A stretch of DNA of 62,971 bases, filler included, from Nitrospinae bacterium RIFCSPLOWO2_12_FULL_45_22 (GTDB taxonomy: Bacteria > 2-12-FULL-45-22): NCBI GenBank assembly GCA_001803565.1. It is 7 parts of 7 records of this genome, joined end to end, with 100 filler letters (N's around TTAATTAATTAA, not from the genome) between each part and the next. Parts side by side here need not be neighbours in the genome. Positions count along the whole stretch, not along the records: positions 19,752 to 26,916 come from MHDQ01000080.1; positions 27,017 to 40,873 come from MHDQ01000081.1; 5 more parts are not named here. One strand, given 5' to 3'. Shown here piece after piece: positions 21,003 to 29,847 of this stretch. The notes beneath the pieces were generated by a model, which did not search any database, was not told where the DNA came from, and saw only the letters and a list, made by a program, of their open reading frames with translations. Positions within the stretch are counted from its first letter, which is position 1. The number at the start of each line of letters is the position of its first letter. A program made the translations under genes and the position numbers.

Positions 21003-21476
21003 ATGAAGGTAGAAGGAACGGGGCATTATGAAATACCTTCAGGTATTCCTTGCGGTACCTTTGGAACTGTTATAACCCGCAATGGATTCATTAGATTTAA
21101 GGTTGAGTGTCGCCGGTGGGATTGTGTTGAGTGTAGGGACAACCTCTGGAGCATTTGGGAAGCTAAGATTGACATAGCATGGGAAGGTAGAGACCGGTTT
21201 TATGTTGGTACTATGCAGAAGGAACGCAGGCAGCTAAGCCGATGGCTGACCAAAGTAGGGCTGGAGCAAGCAATTACAGTGTATGCTGGTAAAGATGGTT
21301 TCTTAGTAATAGCAAACAGGCCTTTCCCCGGTAGCCAGAGAGTGAGGAAGAAGAAGACCCTCAAAGTAATGAAAAGATACCTGTTTACCCAAATTGACCA
21401 CGGCCAAAACCGCAAGATCGTTGCTACAAAAAGGTTTGGGTCGGTTTTGAGAGTGCTTATTACTCATATTAAATAA
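21003..21476 (+). CDS. Hypothetical protein with a putative Zn finger
   Basis: C-x18-CRRWDCVEC; AAGGAGG RBS; basic C-terminus. Confidence 0.6.
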   Translation: MKVEGTGHYEIPSGIPCGTFGTVITRNGFIRFKVECRRWDCVECRDNLWSIWEAKIDIAWEGRDRFYVGTMQKERRQLSRWLTKVGLEQAITVYAGKDGFLVIANRPFPGSQRVRKKKTLKVMKRYLFTQIDHGQNRKIVATKRFGSVLRVLITHIK

Positions 21477-21559
21477 AAGAGGACATAAGTAATATAGGTA
21501 ATAGGCACCATGAAATTTACCGGAAAGCATTACTGGTAGCGAAATGGCTGAAAATAGGC

Positions 21560-21856
21560 GTGGTCAATTCTGGTCAAAAAGCCCTTGCTTATGATTGGAA
21601 AGGGGCGAAATGGGAGGATATTGACTCGAAGTGGAAGTTCAAGCCGGACGACTATAAAGCCGCTATACTCAAAGAGATCTCGGAACGAGGACTTGTACCC
21701 TTGGAAAAGGCGGGAAAAGAGTTTATTGAGGAGCATTCCTTCTCAGAGGTTATTATTGAAGATGTGAGGAGCCTGGTCATTGATTGGTTGGAGAGTTTGA
21801 AGGAGAGGAAGGGTGACAATGATTATTCGCACACTACAACCACTAAAAGGGCTTAA
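21560..21856 (+). CDS. Hypothetical protein
   Basis: 98-aa ORF co-oriented with its neighbours; start uncertain. Confidence 0.5.
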   Translation: MVNSGQKALAYDWKGAKWEDIDSKWKFKPDDYKAAILKEISERGLVPLEKAGKEFIEEHSFSEVIIEDVRSLVIDWLESLKERKGDNDYSHTTTTKRA

Positions 21857-22028
21857 TCACCGGGGTGAAATCGTAAAAGTACCTCCGGGGACGTACCTTT
21901 CTGTTGATCCCGATAAGGCAAACTTGTTAATAAGCCTTGATCTAGCCAAGCCAGAGAGGATATTTGAGTGGGAAGCTAGGGATGAACCTTTAGGTAAGTT
22001 TCCAGTTCATGATCGGTATGTTAATTAG
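21819..22028 (+). CDS. Small hypothetical protein
   Basis: MIIRTLQPLKG... after a purine-rich RBS (GAGGAAGGGTG); overlaps the previous ORF. Confidence 0.5.
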   Translation: MIIRTLQPLKGLNHRGEIVKVPPGTYLSVDPDKANLLISLDLAKPERIFEWEARDEPLGKFPVHDRYVN

Positions 22029-22065
22029 CCTTACCATCTGTAACCCCTAGGGAGGGGCAATATCC

Positions 22066-22566
22066 ATGTTCTCTGGGAAAAAGCTAAGAGAGATAAGGAA
22101 ATCCAAAGGACTTACCCTAAAAAAACTGGCAGAAAAAGCTGACTTGAATTGGCAGCAAATACAGGCCCTAGAAACTGGAATAAGAACCGGCCTCACAGCT
22201 ATAACCCTAAGAAAGATAGCCTTGGCCCTGGATGTTAGCATGGATGAGTTTTTTGAGGATGAGCACTTAGGGCAGAGGCCCCTAGGGTTAATTTTGGATG
22301 GGATAGAAGAGTTAGCAGAGAGGCGGCGGCTGACCCTGCCCAAGGATATATATCCTATATACCTATTCCAGGAGGCCCTGGGCATAGCGGATAATGAAGC
22401 ATTCACCAATATCCTGTTAGCACTGGCCAGAGGCAGGGTTATTGAACTTATCCCGGTATTTGCTCGTGATACTAAAGAAGGTATGAAGGTCTATCAGGTG
22501 CCGGAACTAGGCAACAAGAAGTATTATTCATTCACTATTGTAGCGCCTTATGCTTCAGATAAGTAA
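22066..22566 (+). CDS. XRE/HTH_3 family transcriptional regulator
   Basis: KLREIRKSKGLTLKKLAEKA...IQALETG...LRKIALALDV helix-turn-helix; GGAGG RBS. Confidence 0.88.
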   Translation: MFSGKKLREIRKSKGLTLKKLAEKADLNWQQIQALETGIRTGLTAITLRKIALALDVSMDEFFEDEHLGQRPLGLILDGIEELAERRRLTLPKDIYPIYLFQEALGIADNEAFTNILLALARGRVIELIPVFARDTKEGMKVYQVPELGNKKYYSFTIVAPYASDK

Positions 22567-22728
22567 GGGTAGTTGGTATACTGAGTAGGGGGGATACTTT
22601 ATAGTCTGGCAATACAAAGGGGATAGGGAACCTAGGCCCGATAAGGATAGGTTAAACCTTGGCACCTATCTTTCCCCTTTATTCATAAAAGCCAGGGTAA
22701 GCAACCTTAGCTAAGGGAGGAGCATAAT

Positions 22729-23799
22729 ATGGGAGTCTACAAGAAAGGTAAAAGCTGGTACATAAACTTTTATTACCAGGGCCAGCGAATTCAAGAATGT
22801 GTAGGCCAGGCAAGTAAAACAGTGGCTAAGGAAGTCGAAGCAAAGCGGAAGGCCGAGGTTATAGAAGGCCGCTACAACCTGAACCAGAAGAAACTAACCC
22901 CTATCTTTGAGAACTTCTGCCAGCAGTATTTAGAAACCTACTCCAAGCCTAATAAAAAACCTTCCTCTTACCTGCGGGATCAGTGCTCCATAAAGCGGCT
23001 AGGGGAGTATTTCAATGGAAAAAGGCTAGCTGATATTAGCGCCTGGTTAATAGAAAAGTACCGGGCCAAAAGGAAGGTAGAAGAGGTAGCAGTAGCTACC
23101 CTTAACCGAGAACTGGCCTGCTTAAGGCATATGCTAAATACAGCCCGTAAGTGGAATAAACTGTACGATAGCCCTTTTAAAGATGTAAAGCTCCAGAGAG
23201 AGAACAATGGCAAGATGAGAATCCTTACTCAGGAAGAGGAAATAACCTTAATGGATGTCATAAAGGTTAGCCCCAAAGCCCGGCACTTAGAGCCAATAGT
23301 TATTACCGCTCTAAATACTGGTATGCGAAAAGGAGAGATCCTTGGCCTAAAATGGGGGGCAGTAACCTTCAAAGAAGGCTATATCACCCTGGAGAATACC
23401 AAGAATAATGAGATAAGGCTAATACCCATGAATGACAAATTGACAAATACCTTGAAAAATGTTAAAAAGGATTCCACGAGCGATTATGTCTTTATTAATG
23501 GAGACGGCTTACCATATAGAGATATAAAGACCGGATGGTGGAATGCGGTAAAAAAAGCCGGTTTAAGAGGGTTACGCTTCCACGATTTACGGCATACCTT
23601 CGCATCAAGATTAGTTATGGCAGGGATAGACTTAGTAACCGTAAAAGAACTCTTGGGACATAAGGATATTAAGATGACTATGAGATATAGCCATCCTACC
23701 CCGGAACATAAAAAGGCTGCGGTGAAAATTCTGGATCAAGTAACTACTATTTTAACTACTCCGTCCAAAGTAGCTATTTTACATTTCCCACAATCTTAA
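22729..23799 (+). CDS. Tyrosine recombinase/phage integrase
   Basis: Arm-binding N-terminus (WYINFY), catalytic R (TGMRKGEI), K (TKN), HDLRH, LGH and Y (TMRY). Confidence 0.95.
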   Translation: MGVYKKGKSWYINFYYQGQRIQECVGQASKTVAKEVEAKRKAEVIEGRYNLNQKKLTPIFENFCQQYLETYSKPNKKPSSYLRDQCSIKRLGEYFNGKRLADISAWLIEKYRAKRKVEEVAVATLNRELACLRHMLNTARKWNKLYDSPFKDVKLQRENNGKMRILTQEEEITLMDVIKVSPKARHLEPIVITALNTGMRKGEILGLKWGAVTFKEGYITLENTKNNEIRLIPMNDKLTNTLKNVKKDSTSDYVFINGDGLPYRDIKTGWWNAVKKAGLRGLRFHDLRHTFASRLVMAGIDLVTVKELLGHKDIKMTMRYSHPTPEHKKAAVKILDQVTTILTTPSKVAILHFPQS

Positions 23800-23812
23800 G
23801 CTAGATAAGGAA

Positions 23813-23889
23813 GGGCGAGTAGCTCAGGTGGATAGAGCGTTGGTCTCCGGAACCAAAGGCCGTGGGTTCGAGTCCCGCCTCGCCTACCA
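23813..23889 (+). tRNA. tRNA-Arg(CCG)
   Basis: Acceptor stem GGGCGAG/CTCGCCT, anticodon arm TTGGT-CT-CCG-GA-ACCAA, GTTCGAG T loop, encoded CCA. Confidence 0.96.
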
Positions 23890-24083
23890 ATCCTATCAAG
23901 GCTTTCCGCGACTTGTCCAAAACTCTTCCCAAAAGGTTGCCAAAAAATCGGCCCTTTTATTCAATATAGAACCTCTTTAATAGATCCGATGTTCACCCCA
24001 AGGCAAATTAGGTGCGAACGAGCCGTAATGCACGGTTTTCAAGGCTTTTTGCAATGGGGGTGGGCAAGGTAGAGTTTGTCTCC

Positions 24084-24112
24084 TTGACAAGAATATTTTT
24101 CTCCAATAAAAT
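24084..24112 (+). promoter_or_regulatory. Sigma70-type promoter upstream of the NifH-fusion gene
   Basis: TTGACA-N17-TAAAAT, about 55 nt before the ATG. Confidence 0.7.
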
Positions 24113-24165
24113 GCCCATAATTAAACATTTGATTAACATACATTTAAAAAGCAAGGAGGAAGAGG

Positions 24166-25920
24166 ATGTCTTCACGAATCAGGCAGATTGCTATATATGG
24201 GAAGGGGGGTATAGGTAAATCCACCATTGCCTCAAATATCTCTGCAACATTAGCAGAAAAAGGATTAAAGGTATTCCAGATGGGCTGCTCTCCCAAGATA
24301 GATAGTACCTCCCTGTTAAACCGAGGAAATATCCTGGAACAAGATATCCTGACCAAGATCCGGACTGTCGGTGCTACCAGAGATGGTTTTAAGGAGTGTA
24401 TAGTTGAAGGGTATGGGGGAGTATTATTGGCTGAGTCAGGCGGACCAGAGCCTGCTACTGGCTGTGCTGGTAAAGGCGTTTCCCACGCCCTGGATATCCT
24501 TGCTCGTACACGCTTGCTAGAAGAATTAAGGGTAGAGTTTGTAATTTATGATGTTATTGGAGATGTTGTATGTGGTGGCTTTGCCCAACCTATGCGCTCC
24601 GGCTATGCCCAGGAGATATATATTGCTTCTAGTGGAGAGCTGATGTCGATCTATTCTGCTAACAATATCTGTATCGCTATAAAAGAGCTGAGTAGCCAGG
24701 GGGCTTCGGTGCGGGTAGGGGGACTAATCAATAATATGCGAGGAGTCCCAAAAGAGGGGGAGTTGATGAAAGAATTTGCCCAGCGATTAAATATACCTAT
24801 TTTAGCCAATATCCCTAGAGATAAAATTGTTCAAGAAGCAGAGGCAGAGGGAGGCACAGTAATAGAGAAACGTCCCGACTCAGCACAAGCTTTCATATAT
24901 CGTGAGTTAGCCGAGAATATCATTAATAATACCTTCCTCGGAATTCCTACCCCGTTGGAATTAGACGATATATTAGGATTGCTCAGGCGCTATCAAGAGG
25001 TAGAAAGAGCCCCGTCACCTATAATGAAACCGGAGCCATCCATCCCCATCTCCCCTCTACAGTCTTCCACTGCCTCCCGAAAAGCTACCAATGGCCTATT
25101 GCGAAAAGTTGCCTTCTATGGCAAGGGTGGGATAGGAAAATCTACCATTGCTGCCAATATCAGTACTGCCCTAGGCCAAATGGGGGAAAGGGTCATGCAA
25201 GTAGGCTGTGACCCCAAGAGGGATTCTCTCTTTACCCTGTTTGGTAGGCTGATGCCCACTGTCTTAGACGAATTACGCAAGGGTCCCATGAATAGAGATA
25301 GCCTCAAAGGCGTTATACATCAAGGAGCTAATGGTATCTGGGGGGTAGAGAGCGGGGGACCCAGGCCGGGTGTGGGTTGTGCAGGTGGTGGGGTGATGGA
25401 GGCCCTACGTTTACTAGAGGAATATCGTATTTTTGAGGAATATAATATAACCTTTGCCTTATTTGATGTTTTAGGGGATGTTGTGTGTGGTGGCTTTGCT
25501 CAACCCATGCGGGCCGGTTATGCCCAAGAGGTTTATATCATCACTTGTGGTGAGATGCTTACCCTCTTGCAGATCAACAATATTGCCAAGAGTATAAAAA
25601 AACTGGCCGAGCGGGGTAGCGAATGTGCCTGTGCCGGGCTTATCAATAATATGCGGGGATTGCCTCATGAAGAACAGATTGTGGAAGAAGTAGCTGCATT
25701 AATGGGTTTGCCAGTAGTGATGCACATCCCTCGCTCATCTACCGTCCAAGATGCAGAACTACAGGCTAAAACAGTAGCTGAAGCCTTTCCCGATTCTCCC
25801 CAGGCCCAGGTATATAAAAACCTTGCCCAGAGAATATTAAATAACGATAAAACCTATATACCTAAACCCCTTACTATGGAAGAGATCAAGTCTATCATCA
25901 GCAAATATGCAGGAAATTAG
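24166..25920 (+). CDS. Tandem two-domain nitrogenase iron-protein-like (NifH-NifH fusion)
   Basis: Two complete copies of YGKGGIGKST, ESGGP..GCAG.GV and DV.GDVVCGGFAQP joined by a Pro/Ser-rich linker; domain 2 begins at residue ~313. Confidence 0.93.
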   Translation: MSSRIRQIAIYGKGGIGKSTIASNISATLAEKGLKVFQMGCSPKIDSTSLLNRGNILEQDILTKIRTVGATRDGFKECIVEGYGGVLLAESGGPEPATGCAGKGVSHALDILARTRLLEELRVEFVIYDVIGDVVCGGFAQPMRSGYAQEIYIASSGELMSIYSANNICIAIKELSSQGASVRVGGLINNMRGVPKEGELMKEFAQRLNIPILANIPRDKIVQEAEAEGGTVIEKRPDSAQAFIYRELAENIINNTFLGIPTPLELDDILGLLRRYQEVERAPSPIMKPEPSIPISPLQSSTASRKATNGLLRKVAFYGKGGIGKSTIAANISTALGQMGERVMQVGCDPKRDSLFTLFGRLMPTVLDELRKGPMNRDSLKGVIHQGANGIWGVESGGPRPGVGCAGGGVMEALRLLEEYRIFEEYNITFALFDVLGDVVCGGFAQPMRAGYAQEVYIITCGEMLTLLQINNIAKSIKKLAERGSECACAGLINNMRGLPHEEQIVEEVAALMGLPVVMHIPRSSTVQDAELQAKTVAEAFPDSPQAQVYKNLAQRILNNDKTYIPKPLTMEEIKSIISKYAGN

Positions 25921-26010
25921 GCATCCCATTTTTTATCTCAGGAGAATAAGGTTCATGAAATATTTACCATTGACTTCATAACCCCAATAAGAATAAGAGG
26001 AGGGCAGTTT

Positions 26011-26403
26011 ATGAGAGAGAAAGAAAACATAGAGAAGGTAAGAGGAATTTATGAAGCTATGGATAAGGGAGACTTTACTGCCTTGATAAGCCTGATGGCC
26101 GAGGATGGTTCAGTCTGGCTTATCGGCTCTACACCCATGTCTGGCCTCCATCAAGGAAAGGAAAAGATCGAAGCCCTCTTTAAACAGGTTAGTCAGTTTT
26201 TCTGTAACGGCATCCATTTCAATATTAAACATATCCTGGCTGAGGGTAATGTTGTGATGGCAGAATGGGAGGATTGGGCGATTGTAGCTAATGGCAAGAG
26301 ATATGAGAATAATGGAGTAAATATATTTGTCTTCAACAAAGAAGGTAAGATACAAAGCTTTCGGGAATACATAGACCCAGAAAAGATAATGCAAGTTATG
26401 TAG
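26011..26403 (+). CDS. NTF2/SnoaL-like family protein
   Basis: VRGIYEAMDKGD...G...GKE.I...AEGNVVMAEW...G..YEN...GKIQSFREYID pattern. Confidence 0.88.
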   Translation: MREKENIEKVRGIYEAMDKGDFTALISLMAEDGSVWLIGSTPMSGLHQGKEKIEALFKQVSQFFCNGIHFNIKHILAEGNVVMAEWEDWAIVANGKRYENNGVNIFVFNKEGKIQSFREYIDPEKIMQVM

Positions 26404-26415
26404 GCCTAGGACATA

Positions 26416-26916
26416 ATGCTAGAAAAGTTTATAGGGCAATATCACCCCTGGTTGAAGGAGCACCTGAGGAAGATCCAGGAGCACCCCTGTTATGATCCTT
26501 CCGCCCGTCATCTTTATGGAAGGGTCCATCTCCCGGTAGCCCCGGTGTGCAATATAGGGTGCAATTATTGTATCAGGGAATTTGATTGTGTTCATGAGAC
26601 CAGACCCGGGGTGACCAGCCGGGTCTTAACCCCTGAAGAGGCGCTAAAGAAATTAGAAGTAGTAGTAGAAACCTATCCAGGGATACGGGTTTTAGGGATT
26701 GCTGGCCCGGGCGAGCCGCTGGCTAATGAAGAGACCTTCGTCACCCTTGAACTGGCTCAAGCTAAATTTCCCCATCTGATCAAATGCCTCAGCTCTAATG
26801 GTTTACTTCTGGCAGACAAGCTCTCTCAGTTGAAAGAATATAATATCTCTACCATTACCGTTACCTTAAATGCCGTTAGGGCCGAGATCGGCGAAAAAAT
26901 CTATGCCTGGATCAAT
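26416..26916 (+). CDS. nifB: NifB-type radical SAM protein (3' truncated)
   Basis: HPC motif, RVHLPVAPVCNIGCNYC, ETRPG, AGPGEPLAN, CLSSNG, TITVTLNA. Confidence 0.9.
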
Positions 26917-27016
26917 NNNNNNNNNNNNNNNNNNNNNNNNNNNNNNNNNNNNNNNNNNNNTTAATTAATTAANNNNNNNNNNNNNNNNNNNNNNNNNNNN
27001 NNNNNNNNNNNNNNNN

Positions 27017-27143
27017 CATACGCTGCATGACCTATGCAGAGCAAGCTCTGCCACTACAGCCTACAAAAAAGTTTGTAGTGGTCGAGCTTGCTCGACTCCC
27101 TTCATCCCTTGGTGACTTAGTGCCTTGGTGGCTGAACGGTTAC
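27017..27143 (+). mobile_element. MITE-like repeat copy 1 (5' part cut by the contig start)
   Basis: Near-identical to 32132-32264; ends in TGAACGGTTAC. Confidence 0.85.
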
Positions 27144-27404
27144 CAAAAATTTATTCCCTGGAAGGGTAAATTAGCGTATGGTAGATGGTTTTAGAAGAGT
27201 AGGAAAGTGGAGCGGTGAAATTTTGAAAGGGATGATACTTGGTTGTAAAAATTTTTGGGAAACCTCCATTTCTAAAATTTCATTGACCTTACCCCCAGAT
27301 AGGATTAAAATTAGTCCCCTAACAATCCTTTCTTTTTTTGAGAAAGGCCGAAGGGGTATTAAGGGTAACCCTTGAATGGGACACAAAAACAAGGAGAACC
27401 GCAT

Positions 27405-28646
27405 ATGAGAAAAGAAGAATTTTATAAAGAGGCTATACCTAATTCCCGCGGGCCGCTTGGAGGGATTAAGGTGCTGGAGGCCACTACTACCCAGGCTGGT
27501 CCAGTAGCAGGGGCTATCCTGGTAGACCTGGGTGCAGAGTCTATCAAGGTAGATGCCCCGGTAATGGGTGAACTGGGTCGGCATGTACCACCCCACCTGA
27601 ATATTCCAAATAAACTGGAGGCCAGTACGTATTATCTGACCCTTAACCGGGGTAAGAGGGGAATAACATTGACCCTCAATAAACCCGAAGGCCAGGAGGT
27701 CTTTCGGCAAATTGCGGAGAAGATGGATGTTATTATCCAGAACTATAAGCCCGGAACTATGGAAAAGTGGGGCCTGGGATATGAAGATATTAGGAAAATT
27801 AATCCTAATATAGTTTATGTTTCTTTATCGGGCTATGGGCAATTTGGCCCTTATCAACACAAGCCCGGCTATGACCCGATAGGCCAGGCCATGAGCGGTT
27901 TCATGAGCATAACTGGTTTCCCGGACGGCCCACCTATGAAGTCCGGTGGGGCCCTGGCAGATAATCTTACGGGCTGGCAGGGTGCTATGGGCGCCTTAGC
28001 AGCCCTCTATTACCGCGCTAAGACCGGCAGGGGCCAGCATGTAGAAAGCTCTCTGGTAGATGCTATGCTGGGGGTGAGTGACTGGGGGATCATGATGGCC
28101 GCTAATTTGGACCTATTATGGGAGCGAAGAGGCAATGCCTATGGCCCGGTAGGGTTGGACCCGGTAGTAAAGTGCAAGGATGAGTATATCTGCCTATTAG
28201 TTGCCTTAGATAGCCATTGGGCGAGGATGTGTAAGCTAATGGGCCGGGAAGACCTTATTGAAGACCCGCGGACCAAGAATTTAACCGCCCGGGCTGAACA
28301 TGCTGACTTGATAAATGGCGTCATTGGCGACTGGGCCAAAGAGAGAACCGCTGCTGAGGCAGTAAGAATCCTGGAAGAGGCCGATTTAGCCGTTGCACCT
28401 ATCCTTAATTTTAAACAGATATTAGAGGATAAGCATATTCAAGAAAGAGACATGATAGCAGAAGTGGAACACCCGGTGGCCGGCAAGCTAAAACTCTATG
28501 GCGTACCAACGAAATACTCTCTGACCCCAGCCCACGTGAAAGGCCCTGCCCCTATGCTGGGACAGCATAATGAAGAGATTTATGGCGGTATGTTGAGATT
28601 CGATAAGAAGAAGATGGAAGAGTTAAAGGGCAAAGGGATAATATAA
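27405..28646 (+). CDS. CaiB/BaiF family CoA-transferase
   Basis: GPLGGIKVLE, NRGKR, QNYKPG, GYGQFGP, LADNLTG; start MRKEEFY after an AAGGAG RBS. Confidence 0.93.
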   Translation: MRKEEFYKEAIPNSRGPLGGIKVLEATTTQAGPVAGAILVDLGAESIKVDAPVMGELGRHVPPHLNIPNKLEASTYYLTLNRGKRGITLTLNKPEGQEVFRQIAEKMDVIIQNYKPGTMEKWGLGYEDIRKINPNIVYVSLSGYGQFGPYQHKPGYDPIGQAMSGFMSITGFPDGPPMKSGGALADNLTGWQGAMGALAALYYRAKTGRGQHVESSLVDAMLGVSDWGIMMAANLDLLWERRGNAYGPVGLDPVVKCKDEYICLLVALDSHWARMCKLMGREDLIEDPRTKNLTARAEHADLINGVIGDWAKERTAAEAVRILEEADLAVAPILNFKQILEDKHIQERDMIAEVEHPVAGKLKLYGVPTKYSLTPAHVKGPAPMLGQHNEEIYGGMLRFDKKKMEELKGKGII

Positions 28647-28649
28647 GCC

Positions 28650-28785
28650 TTCAGCCGTCAGCTATCAGCAGTCAGCAAAACTTATCGTCCGGCGTTAGGA
28701 GTAAAAGGTAAAGAGAAATTTTTCTTACCCCTCACACCGCACGATTAGTTTAGCTGAAAGCTGACCGCTAATAGCTGAACGCTAA
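28650..28785. repeat. Heptamer-periodic imperfect hairpin between convergent genes
   Basis: TCAGCCG-TCAGCTA-TCAGCAG-TCAGC ... GCTGAAA-GCTGACC-GCTAATA-GCTGAAC with a second degenerate hairpin nested inside. Confidence 0.75.
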
Positions 28786-28794
28786 CGGGATTAT

Positions 28795-29637
28795 TTAGCC
28801 TTGTGCAGCCTTTTTCCTGGCCCGCTCCAGGGCAAATAAGGCGGCACCCATGGCCCCAGCGATCTGGGGCTCGGGCGGGATACTAGCTTTGAGCCCGGCC
28901 TTCTCCTCTACCTTGCTCAATACCCCAACATTCTTACCAATACCACCAGTAACGACAAACTTCTCTTCGATCCCTACCCGCTTCAAGAGAGCTATGACCC
29001 GGCTGGAGATGGCATCATGCAGGCCGGCCAAGATATCCGCCTTGGACGTCCCTTTCTTCAGCAAGGCCATTGCCTCTGATTTGGCAAATACGGCACAGAT
29101 GGTATTAAAGGGGATCTTCTGGGTAGACTCCAGGGAGATCGGCCCGATCTTGTTCAGCGGAAGCTGTAAGATATCGGCAATGATCTCCATAAATCTCCCG
29201 GTGCCACCGGCGCACTTATCATTCATGATAAAATTGGTCACATTACCCTTCTCATCTACCCGAATACCCTTGCAGTCCTGTCCACCCATGTCCAGGATAG
29301 TTGCTACCCCGGGGACAAAGCGGTATGCCCCTTTGGCATGGCAGGATATCTCGGTAATATTGGCATGGGCAAAGGGTACTATTACCCGGCCATAACCGGT
29401 CGCCACGATATAGGCTATATCCTCTATCTTTATATGGTCAGTCTTGACATCAGGGAGCTCCATCCGATACTCACCCCAGAGCTCCGAGCGCCTATGGATC
29501 GCACAATCAAAGGCCGCATAGGCCGTCTTGGCGCTCTCTGGCCCGGTCTCTATGTTGCTATAGGTGATAAGCTCCCCATCATCACAAATGACACACTGGG
29601 CACTGCGGGAGCCAATGTCTATTCCTGCGGTTAGCAT
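28795..29637 (-). CDS. ATP-dependent activator (BcrAD/BadFG/HgdC family), BzdQ-like
   Basis: AGIDIGS, ATGYGR, TEISCHAKG, DMGGQDCK, MNDKCAGGTGRF, CAVFAKSE, GGIGKN. Confidence 0.9.
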   Translation of the reverse strand: MLTAGIDIGSRSAQCVICDDGELITYSNIETGPESAKTAYAAFDCAIHRRSELWGEYRMELPDVKTDHIKIEDIAYIVATGYGRVIVPFAHANITEISCHAKGAYRFVPGVATILDMGGQDCKGIRVDEKGNVTNFIMNDKCAGGTGRFMEIIADILQLPLNKIGPISLESTQKIPFNTICAVFAKSEAMALLKKGTSKADILAGLHDAISSRVIALLKRVGIEEKFVVTGGIGKNVGVLSKVEEKAGLKASIPPEPQIAGAMGAALFALERARKKAAQG

Positions 29638-29696
29638 CCTTTATTTCCTCCTCTTAACCTGATAATGTTACATTTTCTGATAGCAACGCCTCTAAA

Positions 29697-29830
29697 CAAA
29701 TCCTAAATCTTAAGCACGAAGCTCTAAACAATATCGAAATCCTAATCCCAAATCCCAAAACTATTTATGTTTCTATATTTTGAATTTTGGTCATTTGAAA
29801 TTGTTTAGGATTTAGGATTTCGAATTTATG
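29697..29830. repeat. Heptamer-periodic AT-rich hairpin repeat (copy A)
   Basis: AAATCCTAAATCTTAAGCACGAAGCTCTAAACAATATCGAAAT ... TTTTGAATTTTGGTCATTTGAAATTGTTTAGGATTT; similar to 30710-30842. Confidence 0.8.
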
Positions 29831-29847
29831 GTTTATATTGATAATGA

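Larger units (their letters stand above)
20890..23812 (+). mobile_element. Small integrative element (~3 kb) abutting the 5' end of tRNA-Arg
   Basis: Three small hypothetical genes, an XRE regulator and a tyrosine integrase; left boundary approximate and no att duplication found. Confidence 0.6.

Noticed and set aside
24166-26916. Calling the locus canonical nitrogen fixation
   Set aside because: No nifD, K, E or N is visible, the Fe protein is fused and lacks Arg100, and no sigma54 promoter was found; N2 fixation is neither supported nor excluded
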